From Candidatus Omnitrophota bacterium (GTDB lineage: Bacteria > Hinthialibacterota > Hinthialibacteria > Hinthialibacterales > JAKPRU01), in NCBI GenBank assembly GCA_029570205.1, contig JAKQSI010000032.1, forward strand, positions 52,585 to 76,584: 24,000 bases of DNA, in the 5' to 3' direction. Shown here piece after piece: positions 1 through 8,443 of the stretch. A program made the position numbers and the translations under genes. Numbering within the stretch: position 1 is the stretch's first letter; every line of letters starts with the position of its first letter. The notes beneath the pieces are model-generated. The model searched no databases, was not told the DNA's origin, and saw nothing but the letters and a program-made list of their open reading frames with translations.

Positions 1-597
1 TTCCTCCCGTTGCATTTCAAACAGGCCCGGACATTCTTCCTTACCGACGTGCTTCCCGTGGAGGCGCCTCAAGTCCACCACAGCTCCATATCGGAGAAAC
101 ACCTTTTCAAAGAGATCATATCGATACCCCCAGTAGACCATGGCACAGGACATCGGCGCACCTTTGCCGCTATCTTGTCCATGAACAAGAAATCGAAGGC
201 GCGTATCGTAGAGGAATGCAACAGCGGTTGCCGCACCCCATACGTGGAGTTTCCAGTGCCGGGTGTTTGTGGCTACGGGCACAAGCGCCAAGACTTCGGC
301 GCCGTACTTTAGATGCGCCTGTTCGCATTTTCGAAGCCAATCACGAATGGTCGTCTCTCGCTGTCTATCTGCCCCATAGGGTGGATTAACGAATATCGTG
401 CGGTAGTTCCAATCCGCCCTCAGCCCATCGATTTCGGGCAGGACGAATTCCACTCTTGCGTGCACGATTGAATGTTCATTGGAGCATGGATCCAGTTCGA
501 TGGTTCCGCCAAAGAAGTTGCGAATTGCGTTGACATACTTCGGCGGGGTGCACCAGTCGCGGCTAAGACACGATACATTGTTCCGTCCAGCAGTCAT
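1..597 (-). CDS. Phage-type (small Dam family, PF05869-like) DNA N6-adenine methyltransferase; 3' end runs off the window
   Basis: This gene is absent from the ORF track because it has no stop codon inside the window. My own minus-strand translation from the ATG at 597-595 stays open to base 1 (199 codons): MTAGRNNVSCLSRDWCTPPKYVNAIRNFFGGTIELDPCSNEHS...IDGLRADWNYRTIFVNPPYGADRQ...EVLALVPVATNTRHW...LRFL. The W-x-TP, (E/D)LDPC, DGL..W and NPPYG (motif IV) elements appear in the order typical of small phage Dam enzymes. A strong SD, GGAGGAAGGTGGGAGG, lies immediately upstream (minus-strand reading of 598-620). Confidence 0.8.
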   Translation of the reverse strand, partial: MTAGRNNVSCLSRDWCTPPKYVNAIRNFFGGTIELDPCSNEHSIVHARVEFVLPEIDGLRADWNYRTIFVNPPYGADRQRETTIRDWLRKCEQAHLKYGAEVLALVPVATNTRHWKLHVWGAATAVAFLYDTRLRFLVHGQDSGKGAPMSCAMVYWGYRYDLFEKVFLRYGAVVDLRRLHGKHVGKEECPGLFEMQREE

Positions 598-719
598 GCG
601 CCTCCCACCTTCCTCCAATCTTTGCCCGCCAAACGATGAAGATCGGACACGAGTTCCCTCAATCTACAGCCAGGCGGAGCAATCACATTGAACCAGGTTT
701 CGACCTGGGATTCGTGTGT

Positions 720-1726
720 TTAGAAATATTTTCGCAACGACTCGTCCGCAGCCATACCGATTCGAACCTTCGTGAATCTGTTCCGGCCCCCTTTTCCGGT
801 ATAGCTTGCGAGGAATGCCTCTCGCGCCGGATTCAACTCTCGAGTTGGATTCAGTAGAAGCCTGTCGATAAACCATGATAGGCCTTCATCCGTGAGGAAG
901 ATCAACCAGTCATAGGATTGGGCAAGAACCCGCAATTCTTTGTTGGGATTATCCGAGGTGAACCAATTCCCATGATTGCTGACAACACCGACAGTGAGGA
1001 TGAATTCACGGAGAAACTCCGGTCGTGAGCCTTCAATCACCTCCTTGAGGACCCGCGCATAGAGGCCGGTGTGGAAATTCCCGTCGGGCAGTTCGAGAAC
1101 ACCTTGGAATTGACCATTGCGCAAACGTACCTTTTGAAGGGCTGACACCATTCGAGCCACATAGGCCTTTGCTTGGCTTTCTCAATAGTCTGTGGCCCCT
1201 TTCGCATCCCTTGCTCCACCCCCACGCGCTTACATTCGAATATCGCGAATGGGTGATGAAAAAGATCACATACGGTCACACCACATTTGGAGGATCTTAT
1301 CTTGTCGAGATGAGCCACGAGGATACCCGTACGGTCCTCTGCGAGTACGCAAGCGTTGCGCTTCACATGATCCGTCGATAGGAGTTGCACGGACTTGAAC
1401 TCTTTTGCTTTCGGGAACGAAAAGTCTTTCTTGAGTTTCGCAGGTGTCAGCGGAAGACCGGCGACATTGAGCGTAACCGTCTGGCGTGTATGGATTGGAT
1501 GAAGCGAAAATTCCACATTGTGCAGTATATCAGGATTGGCAAATTCGGGAATCGAACGCTCGATGACGATATGATCTCGGAGATCCCACGCAAGCAGAGT
1601 GTAAAAAGTCATCAGTTCAACAAGCGTGCCGAGCGCTCGTCCTGCCGCTTTCTTCCGGTCTGAGGCGTAGCCGAAAACGGATTCGGCCAGAGTCTTCTGA
1701 AGAACATCTACCGATCTGAATGCCAT
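720..1726 (-). pseudogene. Type II restriction-endonuclease-like PD-(D/E)XK protein, split by a -1 frameshift near 1150-1181
   Basis: Two overlapping minus-strand ORFs in different frames (1037..1735 and 720..1160) cover this region. The upstream frame reads ...VCDLFHHPFAIFECKRVGVEQGMRKGPQTIEKAKQ (D...E-C-K nuclease motif) and then becomes W/C-rich nonsense (RPMWLEWCQPFKRYVCAMV...). The second frame is open from the TGA at 1182-1184 and continues as plausible protein, (A)YVARMVSALQKVRLRNGQFQGVLELPDG...LRKYF*. One extra A in the run CAAAGG (plus-strand ttt 1168-1170) would join the two frames smoothly. The likely start is the ATG at 1726 (SD GGGAG 8 nt upstream), 35 nt after the ftsH stop. The specific REase family was not recognised. 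Confidence 0.55.
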
Positions 1727-1761
1727 GTTGCCCACTCCCGGTCTTTGTTCGTTCTACCCTG

Positions 1762-3747
1762 TCAACGTTGATCGACTTCCCCGGAAGTCGAATCGGGCGA
1801 CGGTTCGGACTCTGAAGGTTGGGTGAAATCTTCCGGCGATCCTTTCTCGGAAACGATTGCAGACTTTTCCGCAACAGGTCTCGATTCAACCGGCTGATTC
1901 TCCTCATCAGCGCTTTCCGCATGTGCCCCCGGACCGAGAATCGCCTTGACTTCCTCTACCTGCAGAACCTCTCGTTCCAAGAGGGCAGTGGCCAGTGCAT
2001 CCAGCCTGTCGCGATGTGTTTCCAGAATACTCCGCGCAACCGCGTGACATTCATCAACCAGGTGGCGAACCTCTTTGTCGATTTCGAACGCGATTTCCTC
2101 GCTGTAGTCTTTATCTTTATAGAAGTCCCGTCCGAGGAAAATCTGGTTTTCGTTCACCCCGAAAGTAAGCGGACCCAGTTTTTCGGACATCCCGAATTGA
2201 CAGACCATTTTGTGCGCAATGTTGGTAACCCGTTCCAGATCATTCTGAGCGCCTGTGTTGACATCACCGAAAACCAGTTCTTCCGCGACCCGACCTCCGA
2301 GAAGTCCGGCCATCCGGGAAAGCAACTCGGTTTTGGTTGTGAGATAGCGATCCTCGGTAGGCAGGTGCATGGTATACCCCAACGCCCGTCCGCGCGGAAG
2401 AATCGAGACCTTGTGGACAGGATCACAGTCCTTGAGAAAGTGCATCACAACAGCATGACCCGCCTCATGGTAGGCGACAATCCGTTTTTCGCGATCGTTG
2501 ATGGCTCGGCTCCGTCGCTCCGGCCCGGCGGTTACCCGTTCGATCGCTTCTTCGAAGTCGGACATGTCGACGGCGTTTTTATTGAGTCTGGCTGCCAGCA
2601 GGGCCGCCTCGTTCACGGCATTTTTGATATCTGCGCCGGAGAACCCCGGCGTTCGTCGGGCCAGCAGGGCCAGATCGACATTCCGTGCCAAAACCACATT
2701 CCGGGTATGAACCTTGAAAATCGCCTCCCGGCCTTTGAGATCCGGACTGTCCACGACAATCTGACGGTCGAATCGTCCCGGACGAAGAAGCGCCGGGTCC
2801 AAAACATCCGGACGATTGGTGGCCGCGATGAGAATCACTTCATCGTTGGAGTTGAAACCGTCCATTTCGACGAGCAGCTGGTTGAGAGTCTGTTCGCGCT
2901 CATCGTGGCCGCCCCCCACGCCGGCGAAACGCTGCCGACCGACGGCGTCGATTTCATCCATGAAAATCAGGCACGGCGCGTGTTTTTTACCCTGTTCGAA
3001 CAAATCGCGTACACGCGATGCCCCTACACCGACAAACATTTCCACGAAGTCGGAGCCGCTGATGCTGAAAAACGGCACGTTCGCTTCCCCCGCGACAGCG
3101 CGCGCCAGAAGCGTCTTGCCGGTTCCCGGTGGACCGTGCAACAGCACCCCGCGCGGGATCTTGCCGCCCAGTCGCTGAAACTTCTGCGGATCTTTGAGAA
3201 ATTCAACTACTTCTTGCAGTTCCTCTTTCGCCTCGTCGCAGCCCGCCACGTCATCAAAGGTAACTTTCGGTCCCCCTTCCTGCTGGAGCCGCGCTCGGCT
3301 TTTTCCGAATGACATGGCCTTGGTTCCACCGATCTGCATTTGACGCAGGATGAAAAACCACACCCCGATCAGCAACAACACCGGGAAAACATTCAAGAAT
3401 GCGCTGAACAGCCAGCTGCTTTGAGTAGAAGCCTCATACTGAAGGGACGGATTAATTTCTTTCTTGTAAGTGGCGAGACGGTCCCGGATGCTCTCGGAGT
3501 ATTCCGGCAGGATATGGACCTGGAATTCCCGCTCCGGCTCGGTTCCGTCCGGTCCATCCGGATCGTATTTCCCCTGGATACTGTCGAGGGAAACAACGAC
3601 ATAAGTCAGCACACCACCTTTGCCGTCCAGGAGTTCATCGAACTGGTCCAGTTTCATTCGGACCAGCGGGGTCTCCTGCACAAGGTGGACGACCACAATG
3701 ATGACGATAAGCAGCAGCCCGTAAAACAGAACGGTTCGATTGAACAA
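1762..3747 (-). CDS. ftsH: ATP-dependent zinc metalloprotease FtsH
   Basis: This 661-aa ORF has an N-terminal TM helix ([17 protein letters not shown]) and a second TM ([23 protein letters not shown]). It carries Walker A GPPGTGKT, Walker B IFMDEIDA, the SRH motif [19 protein letters not shown] and the zinc site HEAGHA. It uses a TTG start with SD GAGG 7 nt upstream. The C-terminal tail is acidic and S/P-rich. Confidence 0.97.
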   Translation of the reverse strand: MFNRTVLFYGLLLIVIIVVVHLVQETPLVRMKLDQFDELLDGKGGVLTYVVVSLDSIQGKYDPDGPDGTEPEREFQVHILPEYSESIRDRLATYKKEINPSLQYEASTQSSWLFSAFLNVFPVLLLIGVWFFILRQMQIGGTKAMSFGKSRARLQQEGGPKVTFDDVAGCDEAKEELQEVVEFLKDPQKFQRLGGKIPRGVLLHGPPGTGKTLLARAVAGEANVPFFSISGSDFVEMFVGVGASRVRDLFEQGKKHAPCLIFMDEIDAVGRQRFAGVGGGHDEREQTLNQLLVEMDGFNSNDEVILIAATNRPDVLDPALLRPGRFDRQIVVDSPDLKGREAIFKVHTRNVVLARNVDLALLARRTPGFSGADIKNAVNEAALLAARLNKNAVDMSDFEEAIERVTAGPERRSRAINDREKRIVAYHEAGHAVVMHFLKDCDPVHKVSILPRGRALGYTMHLPTEDRYLTTKTELLSRMAGLLGGRVAEELVFGDVNTGAQNDLERVTNIAHKMVCQFGMSEKLGPLTFGVNENQIFLGRDFYKDKDYSEEIAFEIDKEVRHLVDECHAVARSILETHRDRLDALATALLEREVLQVEEVKAILGPGAHAESADEENQPVESRPVAEKSAIVSEKGSPEDFTQPSESEPSPDSTSGEVDQR

Positions 3748-3922
3748 GTAAGTACCTCAAGGTTTCGGTTGCCTCACAGGCCCCACGATTCGCACCGGGG
3801 AAAAACGAAACAGCCCCGCATTTCCCCCGGATTATATTTCATTCTTATGGTAAACTTTTCACAAAGCAATATCAAGCAGAATGGCCAATCCGCCCCGGGG
3901 ACACGCCACACGGGAGGACAGT

Positions 3923-4375
3923 ATGAACTTTCCGCTCAAGAAAGTGATTGTGTATCTAGCGATTCTCATTGCGGTCTGGTACGGATACCGGCGTTTGATG
4001 GACCTGCCGGTAACCTGTGTAGCCTTTGTCGAACCCACTCTCAAAAAAGGACGTCCAAATGTCCTTGAGATTCTCCTGTCTAAAGTTGTGGACAGCCGCC
4101 GGGAACTGACGGGTAACGATCCGTACAAGGTGTATGCCTTTGCCGGGGATAAGGACCGACTCGAATCGGTCTCGTTCACCCATAACGGTCAACCTGTTCC
4201 TTTCAAAGTTGATCCGGAAACGGAGACCAGTTCGGTTGAAGTCGACGGGGACACGGAACCGGGGTTACACACTTATGTTCTGAAGGCGCGTGACACCAGG
4301 GGACACGAATCTGTTGCCAGGCTGATTATCAACATCAGACTGGTGCCGATTGTCCCGGTGGGCGGGGTGATGTAG
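3923..4375 (+). CDS. Hypothetical membrane-anchored protein (N-terminal TM helix, beta-rich ectodomain)
   Basis: I trimmed ORF 3881..4375 to the ATG at 3923, which has SD GGAGG 5 nt upstream. The sequence begins MNFPLKKVIVYLAILIAVWYGY (TM helix), followed by a beta-strand-like region (HTYVLKARDTRGHESVARLIINI). I recognised no family. Confidence 0.5.
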   Translation: MNFPLKKVIVYLAILIAVWYGYRRLMDLPVTCVAFVEPTLKKGRPNVLEILLSKVVDSRRELTGNDPYKVYAFAGDKDRLESVSFTHNGQPVPFKVDPETETSSVEVDGDTEPGLHTYVLKARDTRGHESVARLIINIRLVPIVPVGGVM

Positions 4376-4400
4376 GGCATCCTGGGGGACTCGACATTTT

Positions 4401-4434
4401 CCTCACCCCGGCCCTCTCCCGGAGGGAGAGGGGG
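4401..4434 (-). repeat. REP-like palindromic element, copy A (inverted orientation)
   Basis: The plus strand reads CCTCACCCCGGCCCTCTCCCGGAGGGAGAGGG. Its reverse complement, CCCTCTCCC-TCC-GGGAGAGGG-CC-GGGGTGAGG, matches copy B at 27 of 32 positions. It forms a perfect 9-bp stem (CCCTCTCCC/GGGAGAGGG) with a 3-nt loop. It sits in the convergent gap between 3923..4375 (+) and 4505..6571 (-). Confidence 0.85.
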
Positions 4435-4504
4435 ATTGGGATTGCTCTTGCAGAATGGGAAGGGACCGACAGGGCTTATAGGACCCATACGATCCATAAA
4501 ATAC

Positions 4505-6571
4505 TCAGAAAAACGCGATCTCCGGTGGGGGCGAGACAGGAGTTCCCGCAAGGTTGAGATGCGCATAAAGCGCCCACGCAAGAGCATAGACCGTATCGTC
4601 ATGCACTGTCCGGGAACCTTCCGGGTGCCCGAACGAGAACCGTCCGGTCGCCTCACGTCGATACTGAAAGGCCTTCAGTTCGGAGATCAGAGTCTCTGAG
4701 ACATCGAGCGGAATCTCGATCTCTTTCCGACGGAACAGGTTATACAGCGTATTGAAAATAATTTGCTGGGTGGCAGCGGTCGGCGCGATCAGTTCCGTTT
4801 GCACCCCCAAAGCGGTCAGGTAGTCCGCAAGGCTTTTGCCCTGGTATTGCTCGACAGCCGCGTGAGCAATGCCGTACCTCTCCACCAGACGCGCGGCCTC
4901 ACGGTGGATTTCATTGGTATCGGCGCGGGTCAGACGGACAACATCGATGACCCGATATCGTAATTGCGTTTCTTCCTCGGATTGCACATAAGGCCACGGA
5001 AGATTCTCCTCGGCTTCCATAGAGACTCCATACCTCGCCAGGACCGCCAACGCCGATGCATCATGGGAATCGTCGTAAGACAGGGCCAGGTCCGCGCCGA
5101 GGGTGGCCATTTCTCCCTCGCCGAGTTGTTGTGCCGCGTGGGGCACAATCATCGGGTCAATCAACCCGGCAAACAGGCTATGGCTACCCTCTACCCACTC
5201 CGCCATCACCTCGGCGCGGAACTCCAGTTCTGTGCGTGACCGTCTCAGCCGTTCGATTTCTTCTTCCCGAATTTCCGGATTGACTGTACTGGGCCATTGA
5301 AAAGAAATGATGTCATCCCTCTTCTCCTGGCCGTCCCGGAATAACGGGTACACCCAGGAATGGACCGAGGACGGAGAAGAGACAATCGCCATCCGCCCCT
5401 GGTCTTTCTCTGTAGTAATCATGGCGTACTCGACAGCGGCGCGGATTTCCTCGCCCTGTTCCATATAACAGGCCTCATCCAGGATTACGGAAAGGCTGCC
5501 GGTCGTCTCATCGGATTTGCACGGATGATACCCGCGAATAGTCGCTGCTTTTGCAGGCAGGAAAATGATTCGAGACTTGTTCCGGAGAGTGATCCGTTCG
5601 GCGCCGGATTCGGTAACAAATTTTTTCAAGTCCGATGAGTCCAGCAGATCGAGCATCCTCTTGCCGAATTCCGAGCACATCCGCACCCCCGAGGACACAA
5701 CCAGCACAGTGTGATTGGATTTACGGCAGGCGGTATAGAGCGCGAATACCCTTGCCGCCATCGATTTGCCCGCGCCGCGACCGGCCATCATGATCACGAC
5801 CCGGTGAGGCGCATTGCAGAACTCCACCTGGTGAGGGTACAGAGTCACCCCAAGGGCCTCACGCGCGAAGGTCGCGGGATCGGCCAACCGACCCAAAGGG
5901 ATGCTATCGGCTTGTTCGTTGATTTTCGACGTCGTATGCTGCTCGATTTCCTTGAGGAGCCGCATCAGGATGGTGGTCTGCTGCGCGCGGGTTTTTCGAA
6001 GCGCATCACGTTCTTTCGGTTCGAGGCCGCCCCAACAGAGTTCCCGGTCGATATCGGCGAGGGTCTGTTCGGTGGCGGCGAACTGTTCAATCAGCGGCAG
6101 TAAGAGCGCGTTGCATCCGGTCATCTGTTCGAGTTCGCGAATGCGGGTTTGCAAGGGTACCTCATGGTCCATTCCACCTTGCTGCGCCGGCGGTTGCAAG
6201 CGAAGCCGGATGAGTCGCTGCCCGCGTTGCAGCCTGTATTCCACAATCCGTTCGCTTGCTTTCAGAATCACGAGTGTGCGGCCGATGGTGCGTCGATCTC
6301 GTTGGATCTCTCTGGCCAGTTCGCGGATATGAAACTGGACCATGCCTATCTCGTCGCAATGGCTGTTCAGCCATCGGCTGACAAGGGTTTCCGTTGTGGG
6401 GGCTTGTTTTGTTCTCACGGAAATCGTTTCTCCTATTATTAGAGGGAATCGGCGCAGAAAGGGGGATTTTGATGCGCGGGTGGCCGGTGTGATGAATCGA
6501 GACGTAGCGGAAGGATGGATACGGGGCGGGGTATTGAAATACAAACCGTCAATGACATTGAATGCCTTCAT
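4505..6571 (-). CDS. Terminase-large-subunit-like ATPase/nuclease with an N-terminal winged-HTH and coiled-coil extension (orphan)
   Basis: This is a 688-aa ORF. Its motifs are Walker A VIMMAGRGAGKSMAA, Walker B LSVILDEACYM, a coupling-motif-like IVSSPSS, and RNaseH-like nuclease acidic motifs LGADLALSYDDSHDASALAV, AAVEQYQGKS and TVHDDTVYALAWALY. This pattern is typical of phage TerL (Terminase_3/6-like). The N-terminal ~230 aa include FHIRELAREIQRDRRTIGRTLVILKASERIVEY (wHTH-like) and a helical segment. A more likely start is the GTG at 6418 (AGGAGA upstream), because the first 51 codons look non-coding. Confidence 0.8.
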   Translation of the reverse strand: MKAFNVIDGLYFNTPPRIHPSATSRFITPATRASKSPFLRRFPLIIGETISVRTKQAPTTETLVSRWLNSHCDEIGMVQFHIRELAREIQRDRRTIGRTLVILKASERIVEYRLQRGQRLIRLRLQPPAQQGGMDHEVPLQTRIRELEQMTGCNALLLPLIEQFAATEQTLADIDRELCWGGLEPKERDALRKTRAQQTTILMRLLKEIEQHTTSKINEQADSIPLGRLADPATFAREALGVTLYPHQVEFCNAPHRVVIMMAGRGAGKSMAARVFALYTACRKSNHTVLVVSSGVRMCSEFGKRMLDLLDSSDLKKFVTESGAERITLRNKSRIIFLPAKAATIRGYHPCKSDETTGSLSVILDEACYMEQGEEIRAAVEYAMITTEKDQGRMAIVSSPSSVHSWVYPLFRDGQEKRDDIISFQWPSTVNPEIREEEIERLRRSRTELEFRAEVMAEWVEGSHSLFAGLIDPMIVPHAAQQLGEGEMATLGADLALSYDDSHDASALAVLARYGVSMEAEENLPWPYVQSEEETQLRYRVIDVVRLTRADTNEIHREAARLVERYGIAHAAVEQYQGKSLADYLTALGVQTELIAPTAATQQIIFNTLYNLFRRKEIEIPLDVSETLISELKAFQYRREATGRFSFGHPEGSRTVHDDTVYALAWALYAHLNLAGTPVSPPPEIAFF

Positions 6572-6690
6572 TTATGGGGTGAAGCAAGCACAACCGAGCA
6601 TTTGAAGAACGGTGGATGGACGCTTCCGGGAAACCATGCAAGAATGAATTGTGTGAAGGGAGTAACCGACAATGAAATGTGAGTATCACA

Positions 6691-7716
6691 ATGCAAAGAA
6701 AGCTTTTTGACGATCCGGTCTGCTCCATTCCGCCGAGAAATGGCGAGACCCGCGAACCTTATGGTCGGATTGATGCTGATCCGGAGACCCATGCCAAATT
6801 ACTGGCCTATTGTCGGTTACGGCCAGGGGAAGTCTGGTTGGATTCGGAGAAAGGGCATCGGGTGGGTGTGCTGGATGCAACGAATGTCGAACATGTCGCA
6901 GGAGTTGTGGGGGAAGATAGACCCGCGCTTTTCGTAAACGATCCGCCTTACAACGTGGCTGTCGGGAATTCGAATACGTGCAATCTTCCAAAGACGGAAC
7001 TATCCGCCTACATGGTTTTTTCGAGAAAATGGGTGGAGAACTGCGCCAGAGTTATGGGCGATAACGCCCACTTTTACGTTTGGCTAGGGGCTGATGTTCG
7101 CGACAATTTCCAGCCTCTGCCGGATTTCATGATTATGATGCGTGATATTCCTCAACTGAAGCCGCGCAACTTTATCACACTGCGCAACCAGAGAGGCTAT
7201 GGAACCCAGAAAAACTGGATGTGGGTGAGACAGGAACTACTTCATTACATCCATGGCGATCCCGATTTCACCGTGCAGTACACCAATATCCCAAAGATCC
7301 TCCGAGGTTACTACAAGAACGTGAACGGCAAGATAACGGAGAACATAGAGCGCAGTAAATCGGGTAATATCCGTCCCGGCAACGTGTGGGTAGATGTGCA
7401 ACAGGTGTTCTATCGTATGGAGGAGAACGTTCCGGGATGTTACGCGCAGAAGCCCCTCAAGGCGATCGAGAGAATTCTGCTGTCAAGCAGCAAGGCCGGC
7501 GATTGTGTCTTGGATTGTTTCTCCCACTCAGGAACCACACTGATCGCAGGAGAGAAACTTGGCCGACGGGTTGTGACCTGCGATATCGATCCTGTATTTG
7601 CCGAACTGACGATCAGGCGGCTTGAGCACTACCGAAAAACCGGAAGAACGGGATGGCAATGGCATAATCCGTTTCCTGAGATGGAGCAAGTCTATGACGC
7701 AGCGGCAACTGCGTGA
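6691..7716 (+). CDS. Beta-class N6-adenine/N4-cytosine DNA methyltransferase (N6_N4_Mtase, PF01555-like)
   Basis: Motif IV (FVNDPPYNV) precedes motif I (VLDCFSHSGTTLIAG), which is the beta-class circular permutation. The flanking residues ALFVNDPPYN and QKPLKAIERILL are typical of the family. I trimmed the ORF from the GTG at 6679 to the first ATG at 6691. Confidence 0.9.
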   Translation: MQRKLFDDPVCSIPPRNGETREPYGRIDADPETHAKLLAYCRLRPGEVWLDSEKGHRVGVLDATNVEHVAGVVGEDRPALFVNDPPYNVAVGNSNTCNLPKTELSAYMVFSRKWVENCARVMGDNAHFYVWLGADVRDNFQPLPDFMIMMRDIPQLKPRNFITLRNQRGYGTQKNWMWVRQELLHYIHGDPDFTVQYTNIPKILRGYYKNVNGKITENIERSKSGNIRPGNVWVDVQQVFYRMEENVPGCYAQKPLKAIERILLSSSKAGDCVLDCFSHSGTTLIAGEKLGRRVVTCDIDPVFAELTIRRLEHYRKTGRTGWQWHNPFPEMEQVYDAAATA

Positions 7717-8413
7717 ATACCTGGACGCATTCATCAGAACACTCGGACAGCAGGACAGAGATTTCCTTGATGCTCGTCTGCAATCCCTCGCTTCCGTATT
7801 CCCGTTCAACGAGTACGAGTATATCCTTATGTTTCTTCGGGATCGGTCGGTGATCTCCTTCCAAGAGTATGAAGATTTGAGGAACAGGTATGTCTCGGCC
7901 AACCGATACTTGAACCTTTTTGGCCTTGCTCCTCGGATATTCGGCCAGATCTGGGGCGAACAGCATCTCAGGGATCTGGATTCGAGGTTCAGGAAAGCGG
8001 ATAAAACTGTCGATACGGATCATGAAGGACAGTATGATCTGTGGATCGAAGGTGTCCGCGTTGAAGTAAAGGCGGCGCGGGCAATCGACACGAAAAAACG
8101 TGGAGACTTGGTTTCTAAGGCCCTGAGAACGGATTCGGAACGCCCATTCTGGATGAATTTCCAGCAGTTGAAATTGGATATCTGTGATGTGTTTGTGTTC
8201 CTGGGTGTGTGGGTGGACGCCATCTGCTATTGGGTGTTGTCCCACAATGATGTGAAGAACAGTCCTTACCTCAGTCACCAGCACAGGGGAGGCATCGAGT
8301 ATCAGATCGGGATCAACCACAAGAACATTTCCGCGTTTGAGAAGTATCTTGTTGACCCCCCTCATGTCGCGGAAAAAGTGATCGCACTTGGCCAGCGGAA
8401 TGGAAGGCGATGA
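7694..8413 (+). CDS. Putative restriction endonuclease (PD-(D/E)XK-like), partner of the upstream methyltransferase
   Basis: I trimmed ORF 7622..8413 to the first ATG at 7694, which has SD GGAG 7 nt upstream. It overlaps the methyltransferase 3' end by 23 nt, consistent with translational coupling. The candidate catalytic motif is GQYDLWIEGVRVEVKAARA (D...E-V-K). No specific family was recognised. Confidence 0.55.
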   Translation: MTQRQLREYLDAFIRTLGQQDRDFLDARLQSLASVFPFNEYEYILMFLRDRSVISFQEYEDLRNRYVSANRYLNLFGLAPRIFGQIWGEQHLRDLDSRFRKADKTVDTDHEGQYDLWIEGVRVEVKAARAIDTKKRGDLVSKALRTDSERPFWMNFQQLKLDICDVFVFLGVWVDAICYWVLSHNDVKNSPYLSHQHRGGIEYQIGINHKNISAFEKYLVDPPHVAEKVIALGQRNGRR

Positions 8414-8443
8414 ACCCTGCGCAACCACAGGGGGATTGCCGCC

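Noticed and set aside
10-312. A 100-aa plus-strand ORF at the left edge of the window.
   Set aside because: It is antisense to the much better supported Dam-like methyltransferase frame (NPPYG, DLDPC). Its composition is implausible and it has no SD.
693-708. A hairpin, CCAGGT-TTCG-ACCTGG, between the REase-like gene and the Dam gene.
   Set aside because: The stem is only 6 bp and no T-tract follows on the transcribed strand. It is too weak to call a terminator or regulator.
759-768. GATTCGAACC, which resembles a tRNA T-arm.
   Set aside because: It lies inside the REase-like coding frame. No acceptor or anticodon stems can be folded around it, so it is not a tRNA.
1819-3312. A 497-aa plus-strand ORF.
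   Set aside because: It is a shadow ORF antisense to ftsH. It is R/F/P-rich and has no recognisable motifs, whereas ftsH carries all its canonical motifs.
1762-3747. FtsH, considered as a dedicated component of a defence system.
   Set aside because: It is full-length canonical FtsH with a normal two-TM topology and all housekeeping motifs. The sequence gives no indication of specialisation. Adjacency alone is not evidence.
4468-4495. A possible second repeat family (TATAGGAC / TATGGGAC motifs), also seen at 12969-13003.
   Set aside because: The shared strings are only 7-8 nt long, and such matches are expected by chance in 24 kb. The evidence is not sufficient to call a family.
5830-5840. 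An 11-mer, GGTGAGGGTAC, shared between the TerL-like CDS and REP copy E (19243-19253).
   Set aside because: On the order of a hundred 11-mer coincidences are expected within a 24-kb window. The flanking sequence shows no REP structure.
6672-6710. A 12-codon upstream ORF (MKCEYHNAKKAF*) with a GGGAG SD, overlapping the methyltransferase start codon. It could be a leader peptide or coupling device.
   Set aside because: It is too short to distinguish from chance, and conservation cannot be assessed here. I note it only as something to check if the cassette is studied.
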